Below, in pieces: positions 51,750 to 60,788 of a stretch of DNA of 64,000 nt. The DNA is taken from contig CAZJAH010000004.1 in NCBI GenBank assembly GCA_964544155.1, positions 72,646 through 136,645 on the forward strand, read 5' to 3'. Made by a program: the position numbers and the translations under genes. Positions within the stretch are counted from its first letter, which is position 1. The number at the start of each line of letters is the position of its first letter. The notes below the pieces were generated by a model. That model was not told the DNA's origin and ran no database searches. It saw only the letters and a list, made by a program, of their open reading frames with translations. The stretch is from an uncultured Hyphomicrobiales bacterium. Lineage in GTDB: Bacteria > Bacteroidota > Ignavibacteria > Kapaibacteriales > UBA2268.

Positions 51750-52226
51750 CTATAGTGCCGCATCAATTTTTAAAAAATTTAAAACATTAAGTGCTTCCGG
51801 CTTAATTTCAATTATATAACCCTGTTTGCCTCCATTAATAAAAATACGCTCCAGGCCGAATATTGTTACCTGTACGTAAACCGGCAGATTCTGCTTTATG
51901 CCGAAAGGGCTTGTACCGCCGAATTTATAACCTGTAGCGTTCATAGCCTGCCTTGCATCCGCCGGAGTTACCTTTTTAGTGCCAATCTGCCTCGCAAGCT
52001 CTTTTAGGGATACTTCTTTATCGCCATGCATCAGAACAAGGAAAAGATTCTTTTCATCATCGGCGAAGACAAGAGTTTTGACTACACAATGTTCATCTAC
52101 GCCGAGTTCATCGGCGGTCTGCTTTGTTCCGCCTTTTTCTTTGTAATCATAGATATGCAGCTTATAATCAATATCCTTTTCTCTAATTTGTCTGATGGCA
52201 GATGTCACGGATTCTTTCTTTGCCAT
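51750..52226 (-). CDS. ybaK: Cys-tRNA(Pro)/Cys-tRNA(Cys) deacylase, YbaK/ProX family
   Basis: 158 aa. YbaK fold signature (...KTLVF...LVLMHGD.EV..K.LA......A...A...TGY..GG.SPFG). Confidence 0.8.
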   Translation of the reverse strand: MAKKESVTSAIRQIREKDIDYKLHIYDYKEKGGTKQTADELGVDEHCVVKTLVFADDEKNLFLVLMHGDKEVSLKELARQIGTKKVTPADARQAMNATGYKFGGTSPFGIKQNLPVYVQVTIFGLERIFINGGKQGYIIEIKPEALNVLNFLKIDAAL

Positions 52227-52363
52227 TATTCTAACTTAATGCTTAATTCTTAATTATTTTTTATATTTTTATAATTTTAATTAAAATATAACTAAATTTA
52301 TCAGAAATAAATCGTCTCAATTTGCAATTTTAAAAAATATAATTTAACAAACCGGGAGGCTTT

Positions 52364-53203
52364 ATGGAAATTGTTATTGTTTTAGTTGTTTTCGGAATCA
52401 TGCTTATCACTTCGGCGTTAAAAATAACGAGAGAATACGAAAGAGCGGTCATATTCAGGCTTGGCAGGTTTGTGGGATCAAAAGGCCCGGGGCTTATCAT
52501 TTTGGTGCCTTTTATCGATAAAATGGTCAAGGTCAGCCTCCGGACGATCGCGATGGATATCGACCCGCAGGATATAATCACAAAAGACAACGTATCGATC
52601 AAAGTGAACGCCGTGCTTTATTTCAGAGTGACAGACCCTGCGAAATCCGTTATAGATGTTGAAAATTACCTTTTCGCGACAAACCAGATATCGCAGACCA
52701 CACTAAGATCTATACTCGGGCAGTCCGACCTCGATGAACTACTTGCCGAAAGAGATAAGATTAACCAGAAGCTTCAAGAGATCATAGATGAACATACGGA
52801 ACCATGGGGTGTTAAGGTATCGAGTGTGGAAGTAAAGCAGGTTGACCTGCCTTTAGAAATGCAGAGGGCAATGGCCCGCCAGGCCGAGGCCGAAAGAGAC
52901 AGGCGAGCTAAAGTCATCAATGCCGAAGGTGAATACCAGGCAGCCAAGAGGCTTTCTGATGCCGCCAAGCAGATACAGGTGTATCCTGTGGCACTGCAGC
53001 TGCGCTTTCTGCAGACTCTCGCGGATATTGCCGGTGAAAATAACTCTACTACTATCTTCCCGGTGCCTATAGACTTATTCACGCCATTCATCAAAAACGT
53101 GGCAAATATTTCGCAGCAGAAGCTTGATGAGCTTAAAGATCAGTTAAAAGCCGAAGAAGATGAAAAGCAGGGAGGCAAAGAAGCTGGGCCAGCTGAAGAA
53201 TAA
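52364..53203 (+). CDS. SPFH/band-7 (stomatin-like) membrane protein
   Basis: N-terminal TM, then the SPFH core ([13 protein letters not shown]...GPGL..LVPFID....V.LR....D...Q..ITKDNV.I.V.AV.Y.RV.DP). Coiled-coil C-terminus. Confidence 0.85.
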   Translation: MEIVIVLVVFGIMLITSALKITREYERAVIFRLGRFVGSKGPGLIILVPFIDKMVKVSLRTIAMDIDPQDIITKDNVSIKVNAVLYFRVTDPAKSVIDVENYLFATNQISQTTLRSILGQSDLDELLAERDKINQKLQEIIDEHTEPWGVKVSSVEVKQVDLPLEMQRAMARQAEAERDRRAKVINAEGEYQAAKRLSDAAKQIQVYPVALQLRFLQTLADIAGENNSTTIFPVPIDLFTPFIKNVANISQQKLDELKDQLKAEEDEKQGGKEAGPAEE

Positions 53204-53240
53204 TTCTGATCATACAAGTAATTTCAGCTCACGGTAAATA

Positions 53241-53270
53241 ATCCGCGGACAAACTCCGCGGATTTTTTTT
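53241..53270 (+). terminator. rho-independent terminator after the SPFH gene (atccgcgg-acaaact-ccgcggat + T8)
   Basis: Perfect 8-bp stem followed by tttttttt. Confidence 0.65.
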
Positions 53271-53289
53271 AACTATATTAAAATGAAGC

Positions 53290-53805
53290 TTATTTGCTGT
53301 CTTTTCCGCCGGTTTTGGCAGTATCTTTTTTGAAATCCAGCGATGCTGAATTAACGCAATAGCGCAGGCCGGTCGGCTGCGGCCCGTCGTTGAAAACATG
53401 CCCGAGATGGCTGCCGCAGTTAGGGCACAGTATTTCCGTACGTATCATGCCATGGCTGGTATCCTCTTTTTTCTCGATTTCAACCCCCTCAGGCTCATCA
53501 TAAAAGCTGGGCCAGCCGCAATGGGAATCATACTTCAAATCGGAGGTAAAAAGCTCGTATCCGCAGGCAGCACAAGTATAAACGCCATCTTCATCATGTT
53601 TGAGGTATTCGCCCGTGAAAGGCCTTTCCGTGCCTTTCCGGCGGAGTACACGGTACTGCTCATCGCTAAGCTCTTTTTTCCATTCTTCTTCGGATTTTTG
53701 TACTTTGTATTGCATGTTCTCTCCTTTATTTTCAGTTTGATCATCATCTGATCTCGCGGTACATGACAGCAGCATAACTGCCATCATTATTACAATATAT
53801 CTCAT
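53290..53805 (-). CDS. msrB: peptide-methionine (R)-S-oxide reductase MsrB, secreted/periplasmic form
   Basis: Signal peptide. Zn-binding CxxC pairs ([21 protein letters not shown]). Catalytic Cys context YCVNSASL. Confidence 0.85.
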   Translation of the reverse strand: MRYIVIMMAVMLLSCTARSDDDQTENKGENMQYKVQKSEEEWKKELSDEQYRVLRRKGTERPFTGEYLKHDEDGVYTCAACGYELFTSDLKYDSHCGWPSFYDEPEGVEIEKKEDTSHGMIRTEILCPNCGSHLGHVFNDGPQPTGLRYCVNSASLDFKKDTAKTGGKDSK

Positions 53806-53890
53806 TTTCTATTCTTAATTATCAAAATGTTCATTTATTCTTATGACTAATATTATAATCGATTATTACAGAAATTTTTTCTGGCGGAAT

Positions 53891-53920
53891 ACAAAAAGGC
53901 GGCCCGAACCGGGCCGCCTT
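53891..53920 (-). terminator. rho-independent terminator of the 1441-aa T9SS cargo gene (minus strand ggcggcccg-gtt-cgggccgcc + ttttt)
   Basis: 9-bp GC stem, followed by a T-run on the minus strand. 25 nt beyond the stop. Confidence 0.6.
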
Positions 53921-53944
53921 ATTAATCGCCTCATTTAATAATGA

Positions 53945-56900
53945 TCACCTCACGATGGTGAGCTGCTTAGTCACAGCGCCTTCGGGTGTATTAAGCACTA
54001 CTGCGTACATTCCTGCCGGCAGCTTGCTTATATCCACAACTCTTATGTGTGAACCGAAGCTTAAATTATCGCCGTCAAGTATTTTGACTATCTCTCTGCC
54101 CTGCATATCGACAATGCTCATTTTGGCATTTTCGATGTTCAGATCAACCGAGAATGATACAGTCACCGAGCTGTTTGCCGGGTTAGGAGCCACCGACTGA
54201 ATAAGGGCGCTCCCTTTTTGGCTGTTTCCGAGTTTATTTATCACGGATAGCGGGTTTGAAAGCATCACTTCGCCTTCAGATACTTTTCGGTCATTATCAT
54301 CATAAGTAGTGAATTCCAGCATTGCATTATCATCTACCGCGCCGGCAATGGTAATATATATAGGCGCCATAGCCGTGCCGGGTTCTACTCCGCCGGAATT
54401 GGCATGCGGTACAGCTATGATATATGAATTCTCATCAACCTTACGCGGCTCAATGTATGTTTTATCACCTTCAGCGCTTGGCGGGCCTACCGCAAGTATT
54501 CTGGCGCCATCAGCAGGCTTCAGGCCGATTGCGGCAATGCTTTCCTCATAGCCGTTACTGTTGCTAAAGTGTAGAGCGTAAGTCTGTACATGCTCTTCTT
54601 TCGCGTAATCGTCAATTGTAAGCCTGTCATCAATAGCGCCCGGTACTCTCGCCATATACTCGATAGGCTGCGTGAAGAACTTGCCTTCGAATCCTGTTTC
54701 AGTATATTCAAAGCGTACTTCAACCTTGAACTGCTTAAGAGCGGAGTTATCGAATTTCAGGCTTATATCGCTCATATCTCCCGGCATTATATCGGTCTGT
54801 ATGTAGGCCATATCATCCTGTACAAGCCCCTGTTCGCCCAGATAACTGACTTCGGTAAATGCCGCGTCAGCAGAACGCAGTTCAATTCCTGTTACGGTAA
54901 TATTATTATCTTCCTCATCCGGACTGATAACATAAAGGCTGCCATTTGCCATATCATCCATCTTCAGGCTGGTATGCGCGGGATATTCCCCATGTGCCTG
55001 GCTGCCTTTAGTTCCTTTGTCCTTACCGGCAATATTGCCTCTGACAGGGCTGAGATTACCCCAGGGGGTCCATCTCCACCTTCTTGCTACATTATAAGTC
55101 ATTACGGTATCGCATGTAGTACATTCACAATCCGTGAAACTATAGCGTATCTTGAACTTCAGTGAATCACTGCAGAGGAAATTACCCGAGAATGCCGGGA
55201 ATACCATATCCAAATCGAGCGATGCGCCTTTATTCCAGTCTATACATTCGCCCGGGCCCCAGGTAGCCTCGCGGCTGAAAATCGTCAGCAGCTGCGGCCC
55301 CGGAGCGGGAGCAACGGTAAGGTTGCCTGCTACTATATCTCCGAATATGCGTTCCCAAGATCCGCCCCACCACAAGCACTGCGACTTGCGTTGAGCGCTG
55401 ACTATAGTAGCCCTGAACTTCTTAATAGGTGCAGGGCCTGCAGCCATAGGCACGCTAAGTGATACATTGCCCGAATTGCTTGCGTTTATCTGAGCACGCC
55501 CGATTTCCTGCATGAATTTCGCGCAGCAATCATTCGGCTCCTGGCCATCGCATGGCGGCAGATCAACAACGATGCTGTCTCGGCAAACTTCATTCTCACA
55601 AATTACAGCGTAATTAATCGTGATAGGATTATTTCCGCTTACGTTCGTAAAGGTGGTATTAAAGCTCCACGCCGATGAAGTCTGATTATATGTTGAAGGG
55701 CTGAAGCTGCCGTCCGGCGAACTGGCCATAAAGGTACCCGGCGCGCAGCTGACAGCGTTCAGATTTATAAGGTATTGCTGTAATCCGTTCGGGCCGATTT
55801 CTCCGCATTTGACATCTATTCTAATCTCTTCAAGGCATGGCCTCGGTTCTTTGAGAGAATCGATTTTCACGCAGACCTTTGGTGATTCAAGCTCGCCGGC
55901 CAGCTGATAGTCTGGCAGGCTGCTCTGAATTAGGTGCTTAGTCCATCCGCTTGCAGCGAATGTATTACATGAGAGTGAATCAGGATCAGCCGAAGCATCT
56001 ACAGTAGCAGCGAACTCCAGTGAAGCTCCCGTTCCAATAGCCGCTGAACCGAAGTAAGCGGCTAAGTTCTGCTGTCCGGCCGACCATGAAGAGGACCAGC
56101 TGCCGGCAGTTCCGCATCCTAAAGTAAATGCCGCACCGGGTGCTCCCGCCGGGGTCAGGTTATTCACATCAGCAAGTGATGTTGCCGAATTATTCCATGT
56201 TGAAGAAATAGCTGGCGAGGAAGTCAGAGTACTGCTGTATGATATGTCATAGCGGCTTCCGCGTGAAGCGCAGCCTTGCAGTATCTGCGAATCGTTCGAG
56301 CCGTCATTCATCGGAAGCAGGTCGGCAAATGTCACATGCCTTAGGGCCGCGGTTCCGGACGAATTCAAATCAAGTTTGTAATTAATGGTTGAACCGGCCG
56401 CCACGGTTGCCGTACTATCGTAACCGGAGGCGTTTTCGGGTTTAACGCTCTTTTCGAGATTGTAACCTACTACTCCGGTAACAAGCACATTAACTGTGTT
56501 GGAATTATGGGTGCTTGTCAGCGAACCGCCGCTCATGCTAAATTCATTAGGAATATTTCCAAGAGCCGAGGTATCGCGCACTGTAACGTCAAATTCTATA
56601 TAATAATATGGAACTCCCGAAGAACCGTACATGCCGCAATTTGTATAGAAAAGGTTCTGGCATGAAGCAGGTATGCTGTCAATTGATGCCGTAACTTCAT
56701 TTGAAGAAGAATTATAGTTCAGGCTCACACCGCTCCATGGATTCGCGGGAGTTGTCGTACAGGGGATATTCCAGCTGTTAGCCGTATAATATGACGGGTT
56801 GCCAGAGTATTCAAGGTTCGGATCCAGAGCGTCAGTTAATGTAGCGCCTGTAATCGGCAGTCCGCCAATATTTTGTATCCTCAGCCTGTAGCGGAATGTG

Positions 56901-58270
56901 TCGCCCGGTTCGTAATCGCTTTGCTGATCGCAAATCTCTTTCCAGAGGCATGGCTTGGGAGCAGGTGCAGCTACAGTAAAGCTTCTGCATGATTCCTGCA
57001 CCGGCTGGCCGGGAATATCTATATAAACACAATTCTCTATAACAGAACCTACTGCAGCAGTTGCGGGTATAGTGAATTCCACGTATACATATCCGCACTG
57101 CCCGGGAGCCAGTGTTTCATTTACAGTAAGAATATTTCCGGATAATGTCGGCGACATATTCGTTGAACCCAGGCTGTAGCCTGTCAACTGTGAAGGTAAT
57201 GTATCATTTGCGGTAACGGTCAGCGTTGTTGTACCAGTATTGCAAATGTATATAAGGTATCTTCCGTCGCAGCCGGGCTGCCTGTTTGTATATACCCATT
57301 TGTTCAATGACGTGCCGGTAAGGTCAACCAGTTCCACGCATATCTCCGAGCTGTGTGTGGTGAAATTACCGCAGGAATTATTCGGGCTGCCCAGGCTGCC
57401 GCTGAGTGTTGCGCTATTAGTTATCTGGCTGCCGCTCGGGAAAGTTCCTGATGGATAATACACATCCAATGTGCAGCACTGCATATTGTACGAGCTAGTA
57501 GCGCTCATACTGCCGACATTCCATGTAACGACATTTCCGGACTGCGTTGCACCGCAGTCTGAATTAACAAGGACTGCACCGGCGGGCAGAGTATCTGTTA
57601 CCACACCGCTGAACATATTCATCTGGCCTGTTGTTCCCACATCTTTATAAACGCAAATTTTGTAAGTAAGTGTATCGCTGCCTGAAGCCCATGAGCAGCT
57701 TCCGCCCTGCCATGCGGCATCAAGCGGGTATTTGTTCACATTCCATGGATTATCTGCCAGTGCAGCAGTTGTTACGTAAGGTGTACAAAACTCGGCAAAT
57801 CCACCGGGGATTTCGCCCGACATACAGACGTTATTCCTGGCTGATGTACCGGGACAGGTTACCCCGTTCGGAAATTTAACCGTAATAGTAAATGAGCCCG
57901 TACATCCGCCCGCAACGCTTGACCAGTCAAGTGAGAACAACCCCCCCATCGATCCTGCGGCGGGAGCGCTCACTGTTGGCGTACCGCACGCGCTTGTTAC
58001 CGAATGCCCGATGTATTCCACGGATCCGGGTAGATTATCCGATATGTTAACGCTGTTTGCACCTGCCGGAATTGTGAAATATACCGTGTAGCTGAAAGTT
58101 TGCCCCGTCGCGACCGCAGTGTCGCTGACGACTTTCTTGAGTTTAAATCCTGATTGCTGCGCTTCGGCAACCCAGGATTGCGATTTTGTTTCACTGGCGA
58201 ATGCCATAATCCCCAGTATCACTATAAAAAGCGACAGGCATCCGCGGCTAAATGAGTATACTTTTTTCAT
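53945..58270 (-). CDS. giant secreted adhesin-like protein (1441 aa) with T9SS CTD; Thr/Ser/Gly/Asn-rich, Ig-like/DUF11-like repeats
   Basis: Strong SD (AGGAGG) + signal peptide. Low-complexity beta-rich repeats. C-terminal ...MSIVDMQGREIVKILDG...LPAGMYAVVLNTPEGAVTKQLTIVR is CTD-like. Confidence 0.65.
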   Translation of the reverse strand: MKKVYSFSRGCLSLFIVILGIMAFASETKSQSWVAEAQQSGFKLKKVVSDTAVATGQTFSYTVYFTIPAGANSVNISDNLPGSVEYIGHSVTSACGTPTVSAPAAGSMGGLFSLDWSSVAGGCTGSFTITVKFPNGVTCPGTSARNNVCMSGEIPGGFAEFCTPYVTTAALADNPWNVNKYPLDAAWQGGSCSWASGSDTLTYKICVYKDVGTTGQMNMFSGVVTDTLPAGAVLVNSDCGATQSGNVVTWNVGSMSATSSYNMQCCTLDVYYPSGTFPSGSQITNSATLSGSLGSPNNSCGNFTTHSSEICVELVDLTGTSLNKWVYTNRQPGCDGRYLIYICNTGTTTLTVTANDTLPSQLTGYSLGSTNMSPTLSGNILTVNETLAPGQCGYVYVEFTIPATAAVGSVIENCVYIDIPGQPVQESCRSFTVAAPAPKPCLWKEICDQQSDYEPGDTFRYRLRIQNIGGLPITGATLTDALDPNLEYSGNPSYYTANSWNIPCTTTPANPWSGVSLNYNSSSNEVTASIDSIPASCQNLFYTNCGMYGSSGVPYYYIEFDVTVRDTSALGNIPNEFSMSGGSLTSTHNSNTVNVLVTGVVGYNLEKSVKPENASGYDSTATVAAGSTINYKLDLNSSGTAALRHVTFADLLPMNDGSNDSQILQGCASRGSRYDISYSSTLTSSPAISSTWNNSATSLADVNNLTPAGAPGAAFTLGCGTAGSWSSSWSAGQQNLAAYFGSAAIGTGASLEFAATVDASADPDSLSCNTFAASGWTKHLIQSSLPDYQLAGELESPKVCVKIDSLKEPRPCLEEIRIDVKCGEIGPNGLQQYLINLNAVSCAPGTFMASSPDGSFSPSTYNQTSSAWSFNTTFTNVSGNNPITINYAVICENEVCRDSIVVDLPPCDGQEPNDCCAKFMQEIGRAQINASNSGNVSLSVPMAAGPAPIKKFRATIVSAQRKSQCLWWGGSWERIFGDIVAGNLTVAPAPGPQLLTIFSREATWGPGECIDWNKGASLDLDMVFPAFSGNFLCSDSLKFKIRYSFTDCECTTCDTVMTYNVARRWRWTPWGNLSPVRGNIAGKDKGTKGSQAHGEYPAHTSLKMDDMANGSLYVISPDEEDNNITVTGIELRSADAAFTEVSYLGEQGLVQDDMAYIQTDIMPGDMSDISLKFDNSALKQFKVEVRFEYTETGFEGKFFTQPIEYMARVPGAIDDRLTIDDYAKEEHVQTYALHFSNSNGYEESIAAIGLKPADGARILAVGPPSAEGDKTYIEPRKVDENSYIIAVPHANSGGVEPGTAMAPIYITIAGAVDDNAMLEFTTYDDNDRKVSEGEVMLSNPLSVINKLGNSQKGSALIQSVAPNPANSSVTVSFSVDLNIENAKMSIVDMQGREIVKILDGDNLSFGSHIRVVDISKLPAGMYAVVLNTPEGAVTKQLTIVR

Positions 58271-58350
58271 TAAGCCTCCTTGTATTAAGTAAAAAAATAT
58301 ATGGTTCTTAACAGAACTTAATTAATTTTTGTTTATGATCAAAATTAATT

Positions 58351-58364
58351 TTAGGCATGCCTAA
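58351..58364. promoter_or_regulatory. perfect 14-bp palindrome ttaggcatgcctaa in the upstream region of the 1441-aa gene
   Basis: ~80 bp upstream of the start codon at 58270. Candidate dimeric-regulator operator. Confidence 0.3.
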
Positions 58365-58568
58365 CATATTTAAACTCAATATTATCACCAGTTTAGAAAA
58401 TCTCTTGATGGTTAGCGGGATAGCAAGGATTATCAATGTTTAAAAAATAATGTAAATACGGTATATTGCAATACATTATTTTGGTTCAAAAATTTCTCTT
58501 CAATGCCAAATCAGCTTAGGTCTTTTTGTATAGAAAGAATTGGTGTATCATTTTCCGGAACTTTATAT

Positions 58569-60413
58569 TTATGCTTCAGTTCCGGAGAATGACTTATCAA
58601 CCTTTGCGACGAGAGTATTTAAGCTCATTTCGCTTTTGCTTAAATCACTTAATATATTATCAATTTCATTTCCGAAAGAATTCTTCATCTTGTTGAATAA
58701 TTCATAATAATAGATTATGCCTTCCTTAAGGTTAGTAATATATTCCATGAAGGCCTGATAATCATTTTTTGAAGGTGAAATATCAGTATCAATGAACTTG
58801 CTCCTCAATATTTCAATATAGATATTCAATTCCTTGATGAACATATTCGGCCTTTTGGCATGAGCCGTCAGGTCTTTTCTACCGTAAATATGATCAATCA
58901 TATCCTTTAAGCTGTAAACATCGTTAAAATATGCAAGATTCGGCCCGGGGCAAATTGATACACCGTCGCCTTCACGTTTGGTACTCAAATCGTAGGCCAA
59001 TAGGGAAGAAGTACCCAATCCGGCGCAAATGCATGATTTGTCAACTATTTTTGCATATTCTTTCCTGTACATGTCAGGGGAAAGATCCTTTGAATCAAGT
59101 TCTTTGATCTTTAAATATTGGTATCGCCTTGAAGCTGTACATAGATCTCTTTCAGTGAATTCTCTGTTATTTATGGCGGCGTAATTCTTGGTACACCGGC
59201 TGCCCGGGCGCCCCAGGGCAATTCTTGCTTCTTTTTTTAAATCCTGAGTATTGCCTTTCAAAGAATTGAATGGTATTCCCAGTGGCGAAATATTACTGAG
59301 ATATAGATCATCTTCTTTAGCCTCTACAAGTTGTTGCAGAGTAGCTTTATCAACGGTTGTTGCTTCCGGTACCAGCAGGAAAGGGGTTCCCCAGCCTACG
59401 GAGTCCACACCGTAATAATCCAAAAGAAAATCATGCTCAAACGCTGTTCCGATACCGCCTTGCGCGGTTATCCTCAAATTCAGGGATTTTTGTGGAACGG
59501 GCTTACCTTTATCAGCAAGCGCCTTAACTAATATGTCATATATGGTTTGTTTCAACTCATCTTTTCTGTTTTTATATTCTTCCAAAATAACACCCATAAG
59601 CCTGCCTTCTGAGGCGAACGCGTGTCCTCCGCAATTAACACCTGATTCAATTCTGTATTCGGATACCCATAAGCCCTTTTTGGCAAGGAATTTACCTTGT
59701 ATTAAAGCAGAGCGGAAGTCGCTGACTTTCAGGACAATTTTTTTCTTAAATACTCCATTTTCATCAGGATAGAAATCGTCAAATTTTTGCATGTAATTAT
59801 ACAAGGCCGGATTAATACCTGCTGAAAGCACGACTGATGAATTAAGATCACTTTTTGCGAACCCCCTAAAAGCAGCCAGGGCGTCATTATATTCTACCGG
59901 TAATGTTTCTTTTTCTAAATAATTGACTTTATTGACTTTTGTCATAATATTAACATCAATGCTGCCTTTTTTGAAGTGTTCATTGATAAAGTTCTTAAGA
60001 TCTTTCATGCCGAAATTGGAAGAAAACTTATCAAATTCTTCCCTTATGTGAGAGCTGTCAGGCAAAAGGTCAAAATATTCTTTGAATTTACTGCTTTGTT
60101 TCGAAGCAGCCTTTTTCAGTTCATCAAATTTATCGCTGACTATTCTGTTCATCATATTCAAATAAGATGTTATTCTTTCTGCTCTGAAATCATGAGCATT
60201 TTCGGGGATTTCTTCATAAGAGAATTTAAATTTTTCGCAATACATTTTTCTCAGCCGCTCAAGAAGTGAATCGTCAACCAGAGAAATCACGGAATCTATA
60301 CCCAAAGGCGCTACTTTTAAAGGAGTATCAAGCGTGTATCCAATTCCCATTACAGGAATATGGAAAGAGTGAATTTTTGTCATATAAGAATCTATAGCTT
60401 TAGTATTTTTCAA
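58569..60413 (-). CDS. divergent nitronate-monooxygenase/FabK-like FMN-dependent TIM-barrel oxidoreductase with large insertions (614 aa)
   Basis: N-terminal IPVMGIGYTL..PL..APLG resembles the NMO PIIQGGM start. ESGVNCGGHAF matches E.GG/AGGH. ITAQGGIGTAFEHDFLLDYYGVDSVGWGTPFLLVPEA matches the NMO GGI..G....AL.LGA.GV..GT.FL...E block. About 300 extra residues relative to canonical NMO. The start is TTG 60413 or ATG 60383. Confidence 0.4.
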   Translation of the reverse strand: MKNTKAIDSYMTKIHSFHIPVMGIGYTLDTPLKVAPLGIDSVISLVDDSLLERLRKMYCEKFKFSYEEIPENAHDFRAERITSYLNMMNRIVSDKFDELKKAASKQSSKFKEYFDLLPDSSHIREEFDKFSSNFGMKDLKNFINEHFKKGSIDVNIMTKVNKVNYLEKETLPVEYNDALAAFRGFAKSDLNSSVVLSAGINPALYNYMQKFDDFYPDENGVFKKKIVLKVSDFRSALIQGKFLAKKGLWVSEYRIESGVNCGGHAFASEGRLMGVILEEYKNRKDELKQTIYDILVKALADKGKPVPQKSLNLRITAQGGIGTAFEHDFLLDYYGVDSVGWGTPFLLVPEATTVDKATLQQLVEAKEDDLYLSNISPLGIPFNSLKGNTQDLKKEARIALGRPGSRCTKNYAAINNREFTERDLCTASRRYQYLKIKELDSKDLSPDMYRKEYAKIVDKSCICAGLGTSSLLAYDLSTKREGDGVSICPGPNLAYFNDVYSLKDMIDHIYGRKDLTAHAKRPNMFIKELNIYIEILRSKFIDTDISPSKNDYQAFMEYITNLKEGIIYYYELFNKMKNSFGNEIDNILSDLSKSEMSLNTLVAKVDKSFSGTEA

Positions 60414-60514
60414 TAATTATTCATTTGCAATTCCGGCAATTTAAGACAAAACTGCCTCCAATTGCAAACATCATATAACTTGTTATTATTATAATAAACA
60501 ATTCGCATGTCATT

Positions 60515-60540
60515 ATAGTTGTATGTAATAGTTGTATGTA
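60515..60540. repeat. perfect 13-nt tandem duplication (atagttgtatgta x2) in the upstream region of the NMO-like gene
   Basis: 60515-60527 is identical to 60528-60540. ~100-130 nt upstream of the candidate starts. Confidence 0.6.
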
Positions 60541-60735
60541 ATTTCATTTAATTTGTTTAACTACAAAAAGCAGGAACTTCATTTATACATAAAGCGAAAC
60601 AAGCAAGAAAATATTTAGATTTATCAGCATTCTGTTTGATATTCATACAAATCCCTAAAGAATTGCTTCCCCGGAGTGGAATTCAACCCACTTATAAAAA
60701 TGCATCACTATGGGTAAACCTAAGCTCTCTTAAAT

Positions 60736-60765
60736 ACAAAAAGGCGGCCCGAATGAGCCGCCCTT
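60736..60765 (-). terminator. rho-independent terminator of the last T9SS cargo gene; shares a 20-mer with the terminator at 53891-53920
   Basis: Minus strand agggcggc-tcattcgg-gccgcc + ttttt. atacaaaaaggcggcccgaa is identical at 60734-60753 and 53889-53908. Confidence 0.55.
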
Positions 60766-60788
60766 TGTGATTACCATATCTCACTTGC

